Under the pieces are notes generated by a model. It was not told the DNA's origin. It saw only the letters and a program-made list of their open reading frames with translations, and searched no databases. From positions 62,001-126,000 of the forward strand of contig NIVC01001652.1 of NCBI GenBank assembly GCA_002269645.1: 64,000 nucleotides of DNA, read 5' to 3'. Origin of the DNA: Macrostomum lignano. Taxonomy: Eukaryota. Shown here piece by piece: positions 1 to 12,440 of the stretch (position 1 is the stretch's first letter; each line of letters starts with the position of its first letter). The translations under genes and the position numbers were made by a program.

Positions 1-519
1 GCGGGCCACCGTGCCCCTTGGCCTAATAAATATAATACAGAGCGTGGAGGGTTTTGCCTCAAGTGAGTTACTCCAAAAAAGCGATTGACTTGACTTCATT
101 ACAGAAGTATACAATAAAATGATTTAAAAAGGAACAAGTAACATGAAGGATGAAATTTGAAGAGGAGAGAAAAATATGACGCGCATGTGTAAGCAAATAA
201 AGTATGAGACAAGTACACCTATATACAAATTGACGTTGTTCATGAAGGATGCATCCTTTATGTTTCTTCTTCATTCCATGTATCTTCTTGCTCATACTTC
301 ATTTGTATATTTTGTTTTAATTAAATATCACTTAAATATATTTTCATTAAAACTTTTTATCGACTGCCACATATGGCTCCTATATCTTAATGTTTTACTC
401 GCAGCAGTGTCAAACTGTTACCGATGAACGAATAAGCATTGAGATTGTCCATGGTTTGTGCTACTATTTAGAAACTAAAAGTTGAGTAGCAGCTGCTAAA
501 TAGCAGTTAGCAGTGCCTC

Positions 520-975
520 ATGAAATTGGTCCCAGGAGTCGAGCATGCCGATGAGTGGCACATAGTTCAAGCTGACACTGATAATCGACCATCAGCCTTG
601 CCTGAATTCCTCGGTACCCCCGGCGCACGACACGACCACGACCTGGCGCATGCTGTGGATGGAAACGAAGAAGCTTTCCTGAAGCTATTTCTGACGGATC
701 AACTGTTTGAAGATATTAGCCGATCGACCAACGCAAAAGCTTGGAAGATCTTTCAGGAGGCAGAGACCAAGGATTCTGTACTGAAGCTGGTGTTAAACTG
801 GCGTGATTGCTCAACTAATGAAGCTCGAAAGTTGGTGCTGCTCATGGGAGTCGACAAGAAGCCAGAAATAGCCAGCTACTGGTCAACCGATCTGATCTTT
901 CACTGCCCGTTTCTTTCCAAGCCTTTCTCTCTATCAACAGACAGATTTCTCTTGATTCCACCCGCTCATGGTTAA
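520..975 (+). pseudogene. piggyBac-family transposase fragment (DDE_Tnp_1_7-like N-terminal part)
   Basis: FLKLFLTDQLFEDISRSTNAKA...LVLLMGVDKKPEIASYWSTD...DRFLLI matches the piggyBac/PGBD pattern F-LF-TD-----I---TN--A...L--MG----P----YWS-D...RF. The ORF stops before the catalytic core. No TIRs recognised. Confidence 0.75.
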
Positions 976-1193
976 TAGGATCAAATTCAAATCTTCTGGG
1001 ATCAACTTGAGTAGAAAGTTCTGGCTCGTAAATAAGCAGCGCTAGTCAGATTAAGCTACTGTATTTCAAAAGCACACCATTTTACGATGCATTGGTTGGT
1101 CTATTTCGGAAACTCAAATGTCCTTGACTCGCTTCAACTGCATCTTACTGCATCGAAAAAAAATTACAGGTCATTTCAGTGTGGCTCCCACCG

Positions 1194-2632
1194 ATGTCTC
1201 CGTTGAGTTCGGTAGTCCTGCTCTGGCTGGTGTTTCCGCTACTCCATCTGGTGGCTGCTCTCGACCCAGCAACCAATGCTGATGTGCCCGCCTGCCGCGC
1301 CTTGGCTGCTGCCGCCGGTTCCCAGACTCTTCCCTCTTGTCACGTGATCTTGGCCCCCACCCTGTTTGGCTATCAGTGCAACGTCTCTGTGATGATCGAG
1401 GTGAAGACTGTATATGGCTTGGACGAGTCCGAGCTGCTGGAGTGGTCGGGCTGGGTGCTGGTGGTCTGGCAGGACCTCAGACTGGCCTGGAACGACAGCG
1501 ACGGTAACGTGCCCCAGTTGAAGATGACGCGCGGCCAGATCTGGATCCCGGATGTGGGATTTTGGAACGCCAAAGAGATCGAGTTCATGGACTTGCGCAA
1601 TGCCAAATTCAGCGACACGACGGTTTTTGCCAACGGAACCGTCAGTCTGTGAGTTAAAGTATTTTAAGTCTGACTTCTGCTGATCTTTCGCGCCAAATAC
1701 TACTGTCTTCTGTGACAAATTCGATACACTCGTAGGAAATTGATGCTTGCAAGATGCAATGGAGCCGTCCATTCTATATACGGTAAGATATCACAAAAGC
1801 CCCCGACTAGGCAAATAGCTACTGAGATTAATTTACGATGCATAGTTAACTTGTTAGAACCAATAACAAAAATATGAGATCGTAACAACCTGTGAATGAA
1901 GCAGTTAATCAAAATTTACGTACTCAGACCTGCTATTCTGAAGCAGAATACCAGCTAATCTAAATAATTGTTCGCAGGTATGTGCACACAGTGATTCGGT
2001 TTCCGTGCCAGATCGACATGTATCTGTTTCCATTCGACACCCAGACGTGCAAACTGGAGTTTGGTGGCATCAGCTCGGATCTGCACTTTTTCAACTTCAC
2101 TATGGAGAGTCGCATGAGCAGCGCCAAGGTGGACTCAACCTTCTACTCCGTTGGCGAGTGGCACCTGGAGAGGCTGGACCAGACCTCTTCCAAGTACAAC
2201 GCGGCGGGTCAGGAGTTCGGCTACTATAGCATCAAGTTCCATTTGAGACGAAAGCCGCTTTACTACGCGGTGCTCATCTTGCTGCCATTCGAGATGCTGT
2301 CACTCCTGGCCTGCGTGATGTTCTTTGCCCAGGAGCAGGGCGATCAGGCCAGCATCTCCATTGCCATCATCATGTCAATGTCGCTCTACATCCTGATCGC
2401 TTCACAGTCGGCTCCCAAGTCCATGAACCAGATCCCACCTCTGGGCTACTTCCTCATGGTGCAAATGCTGGTGCTCATATTCTGCACCTTCGCCGCCGTG
2501 GCAGTGTTTGAGAGGATTAACTCGGAGCGAAAACGGCGATTCGGTGTGATTGGCTGCGGGATCTACCTGACTCTCTCGGCAGTCAACGCGGTTGGCTTTT
2601 TATACCTATGGCCGCTGCTGGCTGCTCGCTGA
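1194..2632 (+). CDS. Cys-loop ligand-gated ion channel subunit (nAChR-like, non-alpha), about 369 aa; exons 1194-1648, 1978-2632
   Basis: Signal peptide MSPLSSVVLLWLVFPLLHLVAA, WQDLRLAWN, IWIPD, Cys-loop CQIDMYLFPFDTQTC (C-x13-C), GEW, RRKPLYY, then four TM helices. The GT(1649)-AG(1977) intron joins the exons in frame (TVSL|YVHT). Confidence 0.9.
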
Positions 2633-5600
2633 GGCCGGAGAGAAGCGGGGAATCTTGCTAGTATTTGGCAGCAGCAACCCGAAGAGTGCAAAGCAGTAGA
2701 GCAATGAATGCAAATAATTTTAGAATTTTAGCTAATTTTTATGTCAATAAATTGTGGCGGGCGTTTTTCAGTTTTTATCAGGTTTTTTTAGAACTGCAAC
2801 TGACTTATTGCTTTCATCAGTTTGCGCTCTTGCTTCTTATTCTAACTCACTTTCACCGGGACTAACTATCGAGACAACTGCGTTAATATTGTTATTAAAA
2901 GCGATTAATAAAAAGTTAAGTTAATAAGTTAATAAAAAGCGATGTATACTTTCTAAACGGGTAAATAACGGGTAAATAACGGGTAAACGGGTAAATAACT
3001 AAAACGGGTAACGCTTACCAATCTGTCCGGATTTCTTCTCTCAGAGATGGGTCTTCTTTGGTTAACGTATTCCAAGGTATTCCTTGAGACCGCTCCGAGT
3101 CTGAATTTTTGACTCAGATTTTCGCTTATATTTATAGTAAAATTTGGGTGAAAACTGGTTTAAAATCGTTTATTTACTTAGGTCGCGTATGTTTGATTAA
3201 GAGGTCATAAATGTTTGATCATTTCCATATATGGAATTAAGCAAATAAAACTCCCGAGAACCGGTTCCTTGATCAAATAAACGTCGTTCCTACGTAGGGC
3301 TCTGAGTCACTTCGCGCATGACTTGCGCATGACTCCTTCTAAAAACAGAATTTCTAAAAATAGATATGACTCATCATGACTCATTCTAAAAATAGATTTC
3401 GAGTTTAAAAATTGATTTTATTAGAACATTAATTTGAGTAGTGCATTACGGTATGCCTAACGAATCTGTACAAACTTGTACGCAGCTAACTGGACTGTGT
3501 ATGCTGTGTTTTGCCCTAGGTTGCTTTACAAAATTCACAATTGCGCAGCGCTATACAACCGCCGGTTTTCGACTTTCAGTGGCGGATTCAATTTGCAGAG
3601 GCACACGCGCTATTCCGCCTGCCGCTGCGCACGAAGGCTTACAACCACACTAAGATGAAGGAGATGAAAGAGCAGATCAAACTGAGACTCTTTTATGCTT
3701 ACACAGTCAATTCGCAGTTTTCGTTGCCTCTCTGTACTGGCAACAAGACTACAAATCCACCTAAACAATTTGCTAGCAGTTTTTTCAGTAAAAGATTTGA
3801 ACTGTCTCAGAAAATGCAGCCATGCAGCGCTCAAGGTGAACTTAATTTTGACTGATTGGTCAACCTTCTGTAAAAATGAAAGAGATTATCAACTTGATCA
3901 GTCTAGTAAAAACATTCTAGCAAAATAAATATCAAATATTCTCCTTATATTTTAAAACAAAGCGTACACAAAAATTTAAATTTTTGTGTACGCTCGTACT
4001 CTTGTAGGATGCAGTGAGTGGCCGAGGGCCGCCAGACGGCCCAATATTCAAATTTTGATATTAACTATTCCCGATCTACTTGTTCTACAGAACTGTTACC
4101 ACGTAATGTACGTAAAGTAAAATACACGTATAGCTTACAACGTACGCTAAATTGGCGCTAAAATATTTTGTTCAGTGACTGGCAAATTAAACTTTGGCCC
4201 CTCGCCAAAAATATTTCGTTGCGCCTGATTACATGTTTGTTGTGGTGACATTGCGACTAGGGATCGGTAATTTTAGTAATAGCTATACTTTGTAACTCAC
4301 CTGTGGCTCTGGCTTGTGACCCCCTCCTGATGAAAATCCTAGCTATGCCACTTGCATGATGAGACTATTGGATCATTGATAGCTACTATAAAGTTGAACA
4401 GAAAAAGAGACTCAGATAAATGTGAGTAAAGTTATTCTCAGAAATTTTCATCGTAAAAAATAAAACCATGAAAACGTAATTATGTCATTAGGGGCCGGGG
4501 TTAGCCAAAGCTATCTAAGTTTTGAGTGCACATGAAGGTACAAGTTAGAACCCATGCACAGATAGGCAGCAGAAATAAAACAGCTTAGCCTAGAAAATAA
4601 TATAACTTTGTCAAACCATTTACATGTAAGTTACGAAAAATTCACGAGTTCCGCGAATTGAGCATGCTAGCGAGAATAAAACAAAGCAAATTATAGGAAA
4701 GAAAACCATAAATTTTTTATTTCACAAACTTTGTAATAAAAGGAAAAATTGCTCCATATCGACCATTTACTCAATGTTTGCTGTCTTAAAACTGTCAATT
4801 CTTGAGTTATAGCGTTGTCACGCTCGTATCTCTTTAACATTTATCAATATTTTAGCTATATGTATTAGGTTTTAGAGTGCTTTTGATAAGCTGGTGTCGT
4901 ATCAAATCATCTAGCATAGGTAGCCAAAGTCCCTAGCTAGTCCTAACCTAAGTCCAACGAAGAGTAAAAGAATCATTTAATATAAAACATTTAATCACAA
5001 TGTCGTGCAATCAAGTTATATCTCAGCTATCTTATTTTATTTTCTTTGTACATTAGTTTAGAAAGAAATTAAGATAAAAAACATATGCAGTTTTATTTAA
5101 AGCGCATTAAAACTAAAGCTTAAAATGGATATTTAGGATATTATTGTTTTTTGTGGATTTTTGAATTGGTAAAATTACTAGTAAAACCTAAAAAGCACTC
5201 CTGTAGCTATGTCTATAAGCCTAAACTTTAGCTTTAAAGTGAAGTTCAAGAAGATATAATATTTAAGAAATTTATGCATTATTTGTATCATATTTTATGC
5301 ACTATCAGATATTAGTTAATAGGCCAATTTTGCATAAATTTATATATAGTCTTAATTTTATTTTATAAAATAATTTTTATTTCTATAAACTTGTATTATG
5401 TGCAAACATGTCTACTTGAGTCTACTATACCTTAATACCTACCAATAATCGAGAAGCACTACAGACAATAGAATGTTTCTGTTTAATTACTTTTTAAGCA
5501 CCCTTTAAACAATTTCTTGTATATTGACTTGTATATTACTTGTATATTGATATTAAAATATTTGATAAATATTTCTACTTAAAGAAAGTGCTAAAAATTT

Positions 5601-5689
5601 AATTTATTTGTTTCAAATACATTAGACATTTTACTACTGAATAATTTCATGTGTATTTGATAGTTAATTGCTATGTGGACAATGATTAT

Positions 5690-8097
5690 ATGCTAACATT
5701 TGCACAGGCTTGGTACCTGTGGACGGCAGTGGTGGGGGGCTGCCTGCTTGGCTACGCCACCATCTCCTGCCTTCTGCTGCGCTACCCAAGCGTTCTGCAT
5801 CGGCGCAAGCGCAGGACGTTCGCGGCCGCCCACATCAGTCACCGCGGCGGCGCGGGCGAGCTGGCCGAGAACACCATGGAGGCATTCCGTGCGGCGGTGG
5901 AGCAGCACGGCACCCACATGCTCGAGCTGGACTGCCAGATGACTCGAGACGGCTGCGTAGTAGTTGCTCACGATGAGCAGCTGGACAGGTTGTGCGGCTG
6001 CGAAGGCCGAATCGATGAGCTGGACTATGACCAGCTGCCTCCAATCAGCGCACGACTGGGGATCACGTTCTCTCCCGGAGCGGTGATGGCGTCCGGCACT
6101 GATAGGCGCATACCGAAGCTCGAGGAGGTCCTGCGGGCGTTCCCCGGCCTGCCAATGAACGTCGATGTCAAATTTGATCGGTAATTTTTGTGACAAGCTA
6201 ACTCACGTATGCCTTGGGTTGAACCTCGTTCGGCCTTTTCTACTGGCAACTAACAGACAGCTCACCGAAGTCGCCATCGGCTAAGGAGTAGTCATGTGAC
6301 AGCTGCTTATTGTGCTAAAGGACCTTTGGGACTCGATAGCGGTATGGCACCAATTGTGCTAGATGAGCTTTGGGACTCGATAGCGGTATGGCACCAATTG
6401 TGCTAGATGAGCTTTGGGACTCGATAGCGGTATGGCACCAATTGTGCTAGATGAGCTTTGGGACTCGATAGCGGTATGGCACCAATTGTGCTAGATGAGC
6501 TTTGGGACTCGATAGCGGTATGGCACCAATTGTGCTAGATGAGCTTTGGGACTCGATAGCGGTATGGCACCAATTGTGCTAGATGAGCTTTGGGACTCGA
6601 TAGCGGTATGGCACCAATTGTGCTAGATGAGCTTTGGGACTCGATAGCGGTATGGCACCAATTGTGCTAGATGAGCTTTGGGACTCGATAGCGGTATGGC
6701 ACCAATTGTGCTAGATGAGCTTTGGGACTCGATAGCGGTATGGCACCAATTGTGCAAGAAGATATTTAGGACTCGATTGCAGTATGTAAACTTGTGCTAC
6801 GAGCGTAATAGACCTTTGGGACTGGATGGTAGTGCCTCCTAAAGGTAGGAATCCAAAAGACCTTGGACTCGGTTCCAATCGTAAGATTCTACCGAATGCA
6901 AGGCAAGATTTTGAATCTATGAATAAAAATAAATGATTTACTGAATGACTGAAAAGGCTCAAAAGTGATCTTGATAATATAAAAGTCAATAAACTTATCA
7001 GATTAAAGCATTCAAATGGTCGATAATGTCAACTTCAAACCCAATGCAGCCATAGCTTTAACTTGACTTGTTTGTGGACCCTGTGTGACCACAATGACCA
7101 AAATGTCTGCGATTTTCACTGGAACTCCTGAGAAAATTAGTCAAAGAAGGCTTCACCACAGGCTAGATTTTGCATTTTCTATTTAAAATTTACCTCAAAG
7201 TTCTTTCCTCACTACAGGCGCGACCTCATGGAGTCAATTCTGCGCATGCTTCGCGAGCACAATCGTCTCGACGTGACAGTGTGGGGCAACTGGTCTCACC
7301 GCATCGTCACCCAGCTGGCCCGCCTGGAGCCCCGGGTGCCCCGCCTGTTCTCTCTGCGTCGCATCGGCCTCGTGCTCCTGCTATTCGTCACTGGCCTGCT
7401 GCCGTTCGTGCCGATCTCTGAGACTCACTACGAACCGCCGATGCCGTCAGTGTTCCTTGATCCCAGCGCCAAGGAGTTCTGGCGCCGAGTACCATGCCCG
7501 CTGCGCTGCCTACTGCGGGGCCTGTTTTGGGTCTTGGACTGTCTGATCATGTCCCCCATGCTGATTGGCCACCTGAGGCTGCGGGGCATCCCCACCTTTG
7601 CCTGGGTGGCCAACACCGAGGAACAGTTCGTCAGGGCCTTCCGGTGAGGCCTTATCGCCTGACGGACTTGCGTACACTTCAATTCTTTTCTTTACCTGAT
7701 ACTTTCTTCATACACCTCACCTGGCACGTACAATACTCGCCTGACACACACACCTAGAGACTCGTACTTGATCAAAGATTGTTCCAACTTGGTCGAAGTA
7801 ATCTTTATGTAACTTTAAATAGTTTTCACCCGACGAACTGGAATCCTCCCGATTCCTAATGACTCTCTCATCTCCTCATTACAAACCGACATTCCCAGCG
7901 CCGGATGCGAAGGCGTCATGACCGACTATCCATGTCGTCTGCGCGCTTTCATCGACTCAAATCCCTGGTGCTTGAGAGCCTACAATGAAACCGTGGAGTC
8001 TCTGCAGGAGGCGGCGGCGACAACGAATGCCACTGAGGGCGACCGACTCATCAAGAAGGAAGATCAGCAGCAGCAGCAGCAGACGCTGGAACACTGA
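5690..8097 (+). CDS. GDPD1: GDPD1/GDPD3-like glycerophosphodiester phosphodiesterase (lysophospholipase D); exons 5690-6180, 7218-7643, 7899-8097
   Basis: N-terminal TM, then SHRGGAGELAENTMEAF, MLELDC, VVVAHD, NVDVK, TVWGN, AWVAN and GVMTDYP. The last exon is not in the ORF track; both introns are GT-AG and phase-compatible. The start codon (ATG 5690) is uncertain because an acceptor also exists at 5706-5707. Confidence 0.88.
6324..6755. repeat. 44-bp minisatellite (about 10 copies) in GDPD1 intron 1
   Basis: Unit ctttgggactcgatagcggtatggcaccaattgtgctagatgag, repeated head to tail with no spacers. Confidence 0.95.
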
Positions 8098-9005
8098 AGG
8101 CAGCAACCGCAAACTTATCGAAAAAGTAGCCATTGATCTCTGTTAATTACATGTTGATCTTCCATGCTGCTTTTTAAAGCTGCTAATCATGCTATTTACG
8201 AGTAAGTATCCAGTCAAATTATATGGAACAATTTTTATACATTTTATATACTATTTCCTATAGTGCTCGGAGTATGACTACTAAAAGTAGACAAATTTTC
8301 TTGAATAACCATGACTCGCTTGTCTTATTTCGTAGACATGACTTTTCCAATTGCGAGTAAATTGCGCACTTAGCTCGTAAAATTATTTTGTCTGCAACCG
8401 TACTACTTACATTATTCTGAAGCTTTTAGTTTGGCTTATATTCAATTATGTACTTAAACGCTTTCAAAAAAATTGTATATACGTATTTTTAAGTAACTTT
8501 TGCTGCAATTTTTTTAGGACAAAGAAAAAAATGGAGATGCTTTTTAAGAAGCCTAACTATTGGAAACAGGAAATAAAACAAAACTAACTTGTGCGTTTTC
8601 CAAATGGAATTTTCCTGGGATATTGGGATGCGGCACCACAGATTTTATACAAGTTTTGTCAGTCACCTAAATTTTTAGGGCACCTTATTTCACAATTTGG
8701 CATGAATTTGGGGCGGCTCATCTTCCGTTTCGGGGGAAGGCTTTTTCTTCCCTAGCAACGCTGCAGGGAGGCCCACATGAGCTCCCTGACTGGCACCTCG
8801 CCTTTGCTCTAAGTGGGTCTTCGGACAATTCAAGTGCTCTTACTGTCATTCAGCGGTCCTTGAAGCTGGCCATGATTGGCTGCCGAAATTCAGCCAATAA
8901 CAGGTCAATCTAACTTTCCTATAAAGCTTACACCCACTGCTTCATGGTGAGACGTCTCTGCAATGTTTTTTTTAATTTGTCAGTCAATAAATTCCACCAA
9001 GAAAC

Positions 9006-9912
9006 ATGATAAATCTGAGCTTTTGCTTGCTGCTTCTATCCTTGAGGGAGGTCGGGGGTTTGAACCCCACTTGCGCGAGCCGGTGGCGGTGGGTGCGGAC
9101 GCAGCTGTGCCCTCCCACTCCGAGAGCAGCGGAGCTCCTGCAGCTGCCCACCCAGCTCCAGTGCATCCGAGTGTGCACGCTGCGGCTGCCGAAGTGCAAG
9201 GCGGCTCACTTCAAAGACTCCGTCTGCTCTCTGGCTGTCGACTTCTCACAGCTGCTGCTCTGGTCGACCTCGGGAGGACTCGGCCAGTGCAGCAGCCTCA
9301 CGCTGGCGCCCGTCCTGCTGCAGCTCCTCGCCTTCTTCGACTTCAGGGAGTCGCTCGAGAAGGCGGCGGGCAGCGCGAGCATCAGCTCCGAGGGCTTCGA
9401 CGTGACGAGAGACTCGAGCGGACTGCACTTTGCTGGGAGGATGACGTCATACCTGAAGCTGAGCATCCCGGGAGAGCAGTGAGCTTCTTCATGAAGGTGC
9501 GACGGCCTTCAAGGCCAAAAACGTCTACATGAAGATGTACTCTGACCTTGGTTCAAAATTGACCAGCTTTTACGAGTACAACGGAGCCCTGACATTCAAC
9601 TACGCACCACTGGGCAGGCAGTTCAGTGCGACGTCGCAGTTCATGCAGACGGACGCCGACCCCGCCGCGTTCTTCCTGGCCGTGGCCGCCAGCAACGTCA
9701 CCGGCGCTTTCGTCTTCTTGGATGACCGTTTCTACGAACTAAATGGCTCGGGATTCGATCAGCTGACCGCTGACTCGGAGATTCGACTTGGCTACTCATC
9801 AATCGGAGATGACGGCTGCCTGTCCGGGACCGTAGTCTGCTTCGGCATCGCTCAGTGGAAGCTGAGCGCAAGCGCAGAGCAGCTTGGCGGACTGGCCCGA
9901 TTGTGTAACTGA
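9006..9912 (+). CDS. Secreted protein with N-terminal PAN/apple-like Cys module, split by a 1-nt frameshift at about 9463-9479
   Basis: Signal-like MINLSFCLLLLSL, then C...QCIRVC......CKAAHF....CSL (PAN spacing). The first frame stops at 9480-9482; the second frame is open from 9463 to 9912. Confidence 0.55.
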
Positions 9913-9924
9913 GTCACTTCAGGT

Positions 9925-10390
9925 GTGGCCTGCTGTAGTGTGTGCTGTAGTGAGCTGTGGTGTGCTGTGGTGTGCTGTGGTGTGCCGTGGTGAGTTGTGG
10001 TGTGCCGTGGTGAGTTGTGGTGTGCTGTAATGGACTGTGGTGTGCTGTGGTGTGCTTTGGTGTGCTGTGGTGTGCTGTGGTGAGCTGTGGTGTGCCGTGG
10101 TGAGTTGTGGTGTGCTGTAATGGACTGTGGTGTGCCATGGTGAGCTGTAGTGGACTGTGGTGTGCTGTGGTGAGCTGTGATGAGCTGTGGTGTGCCGTGT
10201 TGAGCTGTAGTGGACTGTTGTATGCTGTGGTGAGCTGTGATGAGCTGTGGTGTGCCGTGGTGAGCTGTGGTGAGCTGTGGTGTGCCGTGGTGAGCTGTGG
10301 TGAGCTGTGGTGTGCTGTGGTGAGCTGTGGTGAGCTGTGGTGTGCTGTGGTGTGCTGTGGTGTGTGCTGTAGTGGACTGAGGTGTGCTGT
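9925..10390. repeat. Low-complexity tgtgg/gtgagctgtg minisatellite
   Basis: 5/10-bp periodic array directly after the stop of the PAN-like gene; the ORFs across it are artefacts. Confidence 0.92.
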
Positions 10391-10941
10391 ATTTTTCTAT
10401 AGTCCACGTCATCAGTAAAATTTTGCTTTTGTTAAAAAAACATTCAGTCGCATATTGACGCAATGGTCTCAGCATGAAAACCTGGTAGAGCAGAAATAGA
10501 CTTTTCTGCTGCTGAGAAGGTTGACTAGTCAAATAAAAGTGAGCAGTTTGTTGTCACACTCGACAGCAACAGCTTTCTTTTTTTTACATTTTATTGGGAA
10601 ATTTGCAGCAGGTGCCTTTCAGGTGATTTGAAGGATCTGTTGAAGAGCGAGCATATATTTCTGAATTTTTATTCTACTGAATCTGATGGAGTGTCAGAGG
10701 CTTTTTCAACTCTGCATCTGCATGCAGGGCTGGGAAGAATTAACAAAGGGATTGCTAGATTTTATTGGGAGCCAGAGGCTCTGTCTCCGTCCAGCTGCCG
10801 CGTTCGCATCATCAGGGGAGGGATAAGTGTAGCAGACATGAGATATTGTAAGCTATTATTGACAGTGCTGGGAGTTCAGGTAGGGTCAGGGAGTGCATAG
10901 CATAAATAGTGACAAGTGAACTTCGTTCCATAGGTTGTTGG

Positions 10942-11269
10942 TGTAGTGTCTGTCTATCGGTTAGCTCGTACTCGCACTCCTCAGTCCCACCAGGCACCGG
11001 TCTTTGTCTAGCCGTTACAGTCATCACTGTACGGCCAATGCACGCACAAGTCCTATGCACAAGTCTGTCTGTCTGCACCCCGCACCCCCAACAAGCATAG
11101 GCCTGCCGGTTGTCTTCCCCCAAGCTGGGAAGCAGAGAGAGATAAATAAAGAAGCCCGAGGCCTGGCGCCTCTGTAAGAAGCTACGAACCAAGATCGAGC
11201 TGGCCTACGAGGCTCACACACACGCTCGTGCACAATCTTATTCTTATTCATTTGGAGCTAGACTCCACA
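10942..11269 (+). repeat. 5' LTR
   Basis: Direct repeat of 15608-15935; contains AATAAA. Confidence 0.97.
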
Positions 11270-11270
11270 G

Positions 11271-11284
11271 TGGCGACGAGGATG
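11271..11284 (+). other. Primer-binding site complementary to the tRNA-Ser(GCU) 3' end
   Basis: TGGCGACGAGGATG is the reverse complement of CATCCTCGTCG+CCA, the metazoan tRNA-Ser(GCT) 3' end as recalled. It overlaps the gag ATG at 11282. Confidence 0.8.
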
Positions 11285-12205
11285 TCCGCTATCGGCACAG
11301 TCGAGCCCTTCGAGGAGGGAAAAGACTGGTGCGCCTACGAGGAACGTGTAGCCCTCTATATGAGCGCAAACAGAATTAAGGACGAAAGCCAGAAGAAGGC
11401 GGTTTTTCTAACCTTGATCGGCCGCCAATGCTATGCAACCCTACGAAATCTGTGCTCGCCAGGGAAGCCTTCTGATCTGTCCTACGAAGAGCTGGTAAAG
11501 CTACTCAAGGACCACTTCCAGCCAAAGAAGCCGGTCATTGCTGAGCGGTTTCGCTTCTACAAGCGAGTTCAGAAGGACGGAGAGTCGGCTGCACAGTTTT
11601 TGGCCACCATCCGCAGTCTGGCGGAGACCTGCGACTTCGGAACTTTTCTGGAAGACGCATTGCGTGACTGCTTCGTCTGTGGACTCCGGGAGCCGCAAGT
11701 GCAGAAGCGGTTGTTGACTGTCAGCACCCTGACGCTCGAGAAGGCCAAGGAAATCGCTCAAGCAGCAGAAATCGCGGAAGCGGAGGCCAACAGCTGGCGC
11801 GCCAAGCCGGAGGTCAATTTGGTCGGTAAAGCCGCGTCACCACGACGGCCGTGCATGCGCTGTGGCTCCAGGCAGCACCTGTCGGCGGAGTGCCAGCACC
11901 GGAACACCAAGTGTCACGCCTGTGGCAAGCTGGGCCACTTGAAGGCCGTCTGTCTATCGAGCCAAAAGACCTGCGCCGGAGGGGCTCCTAGCAGTCAGCA
12001 AAGCGGCTTGAAATTCAGTGGCCACAAGAACAGAAAGTCCATCAGGGCCGTTCACCCAGACGAGAGCGAGGAGCACCGCGGCGGGGAAAGCGACGACTCG
12101 GCAGAGGTGACGTGGATCTCCCAGGTCTGCAGCGGTAAGGAAAGGCACCTGAGCCTGATTGCAGCGCATGGGCATTTTGGCGGACGGCGTCCAGCGCGGA
12201 TCTAA
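11282..12205 (+). CDS. gag: Gag with two CCHC zinc knuckles; native frame cut at 12153 by a MITE
   Basis: CMRCGSRQHLSAEC and CHACGKLGHLKAVC. Residues after RHLS are MITE-derived. Confidence 0.92.
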   Translation: MSAIGTVEPFEEGKDWCAYEERVALYMSANRIKDESQKKAVFLTLIGRQCYATLRNLCSPGKPSDLSYEELVKLLKDHFQPKKPVIAERFRFYKRVQKDGESAAQFLATIRSLAETCDFGTFLEDALRDCFVCGLREPQVQKRLLTVSTLTLEKAKEIAQAAEIAEAEANSWRAKPEVNLVGKAASPRRPCMRCGSRQHLSAECQHRNTKCHACGKLGHLKAVCLSSQKTCAGGAPSSQQSGLKFSGHKNRKSIRAVHPDESEEHRGGESDDSAEVTWISQVCSGKERHLSLIAAHGHFGGRRPARI

Positions 12206-12431
12206 TACGGCGCGGCGCGGCGCGTACGGCGCAAGGCGATTAGTACGGCGCGGCGCGGAACTAATTAGATGCCGAGGCATTTAGGCTTGATAAGACAGTC
12301 ATAGTTACTCCTGCCGTTTACCCAAAACTGCGTTAATTTTGCTTTAGGGTTTCTTTCACAGGTAAGTCATTTCACAGCGTGGCGCAGGTTGTGTAGGCGT
12401 CTGGCGTACTTAAGCCATGCGCTGCAATAGG
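12154..12431. mobile_element. 278-bp non-autonomous DNA transposon (MITE) with 9-bp TSD, inserted between gag and protease
   Basis: TSD gcacctgag at 12145-12153 and 12432-12440. TIRs cct(g)attgcagcgcatgg / ccatgcgctgcaatagg. Removing it restores SGKERHLSAQLHINGRPLRMQVDTGA in one frame. Confidence 0.9.
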
Positions 12432-12440
12432 GCACCTGAG

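Noticed and set aside
6324-6755. CRISPR-like appearance of this and other 20-45-bp arrays
   Set aside because: Units are head to tail without unique spacers, there are no cas genes, and the context is eukaryotic and intronic.
10628-10900. 90-aa ORF before the LTR
   Set aside because: No ATG start, no recognisable motif, and no convincing partner exons.
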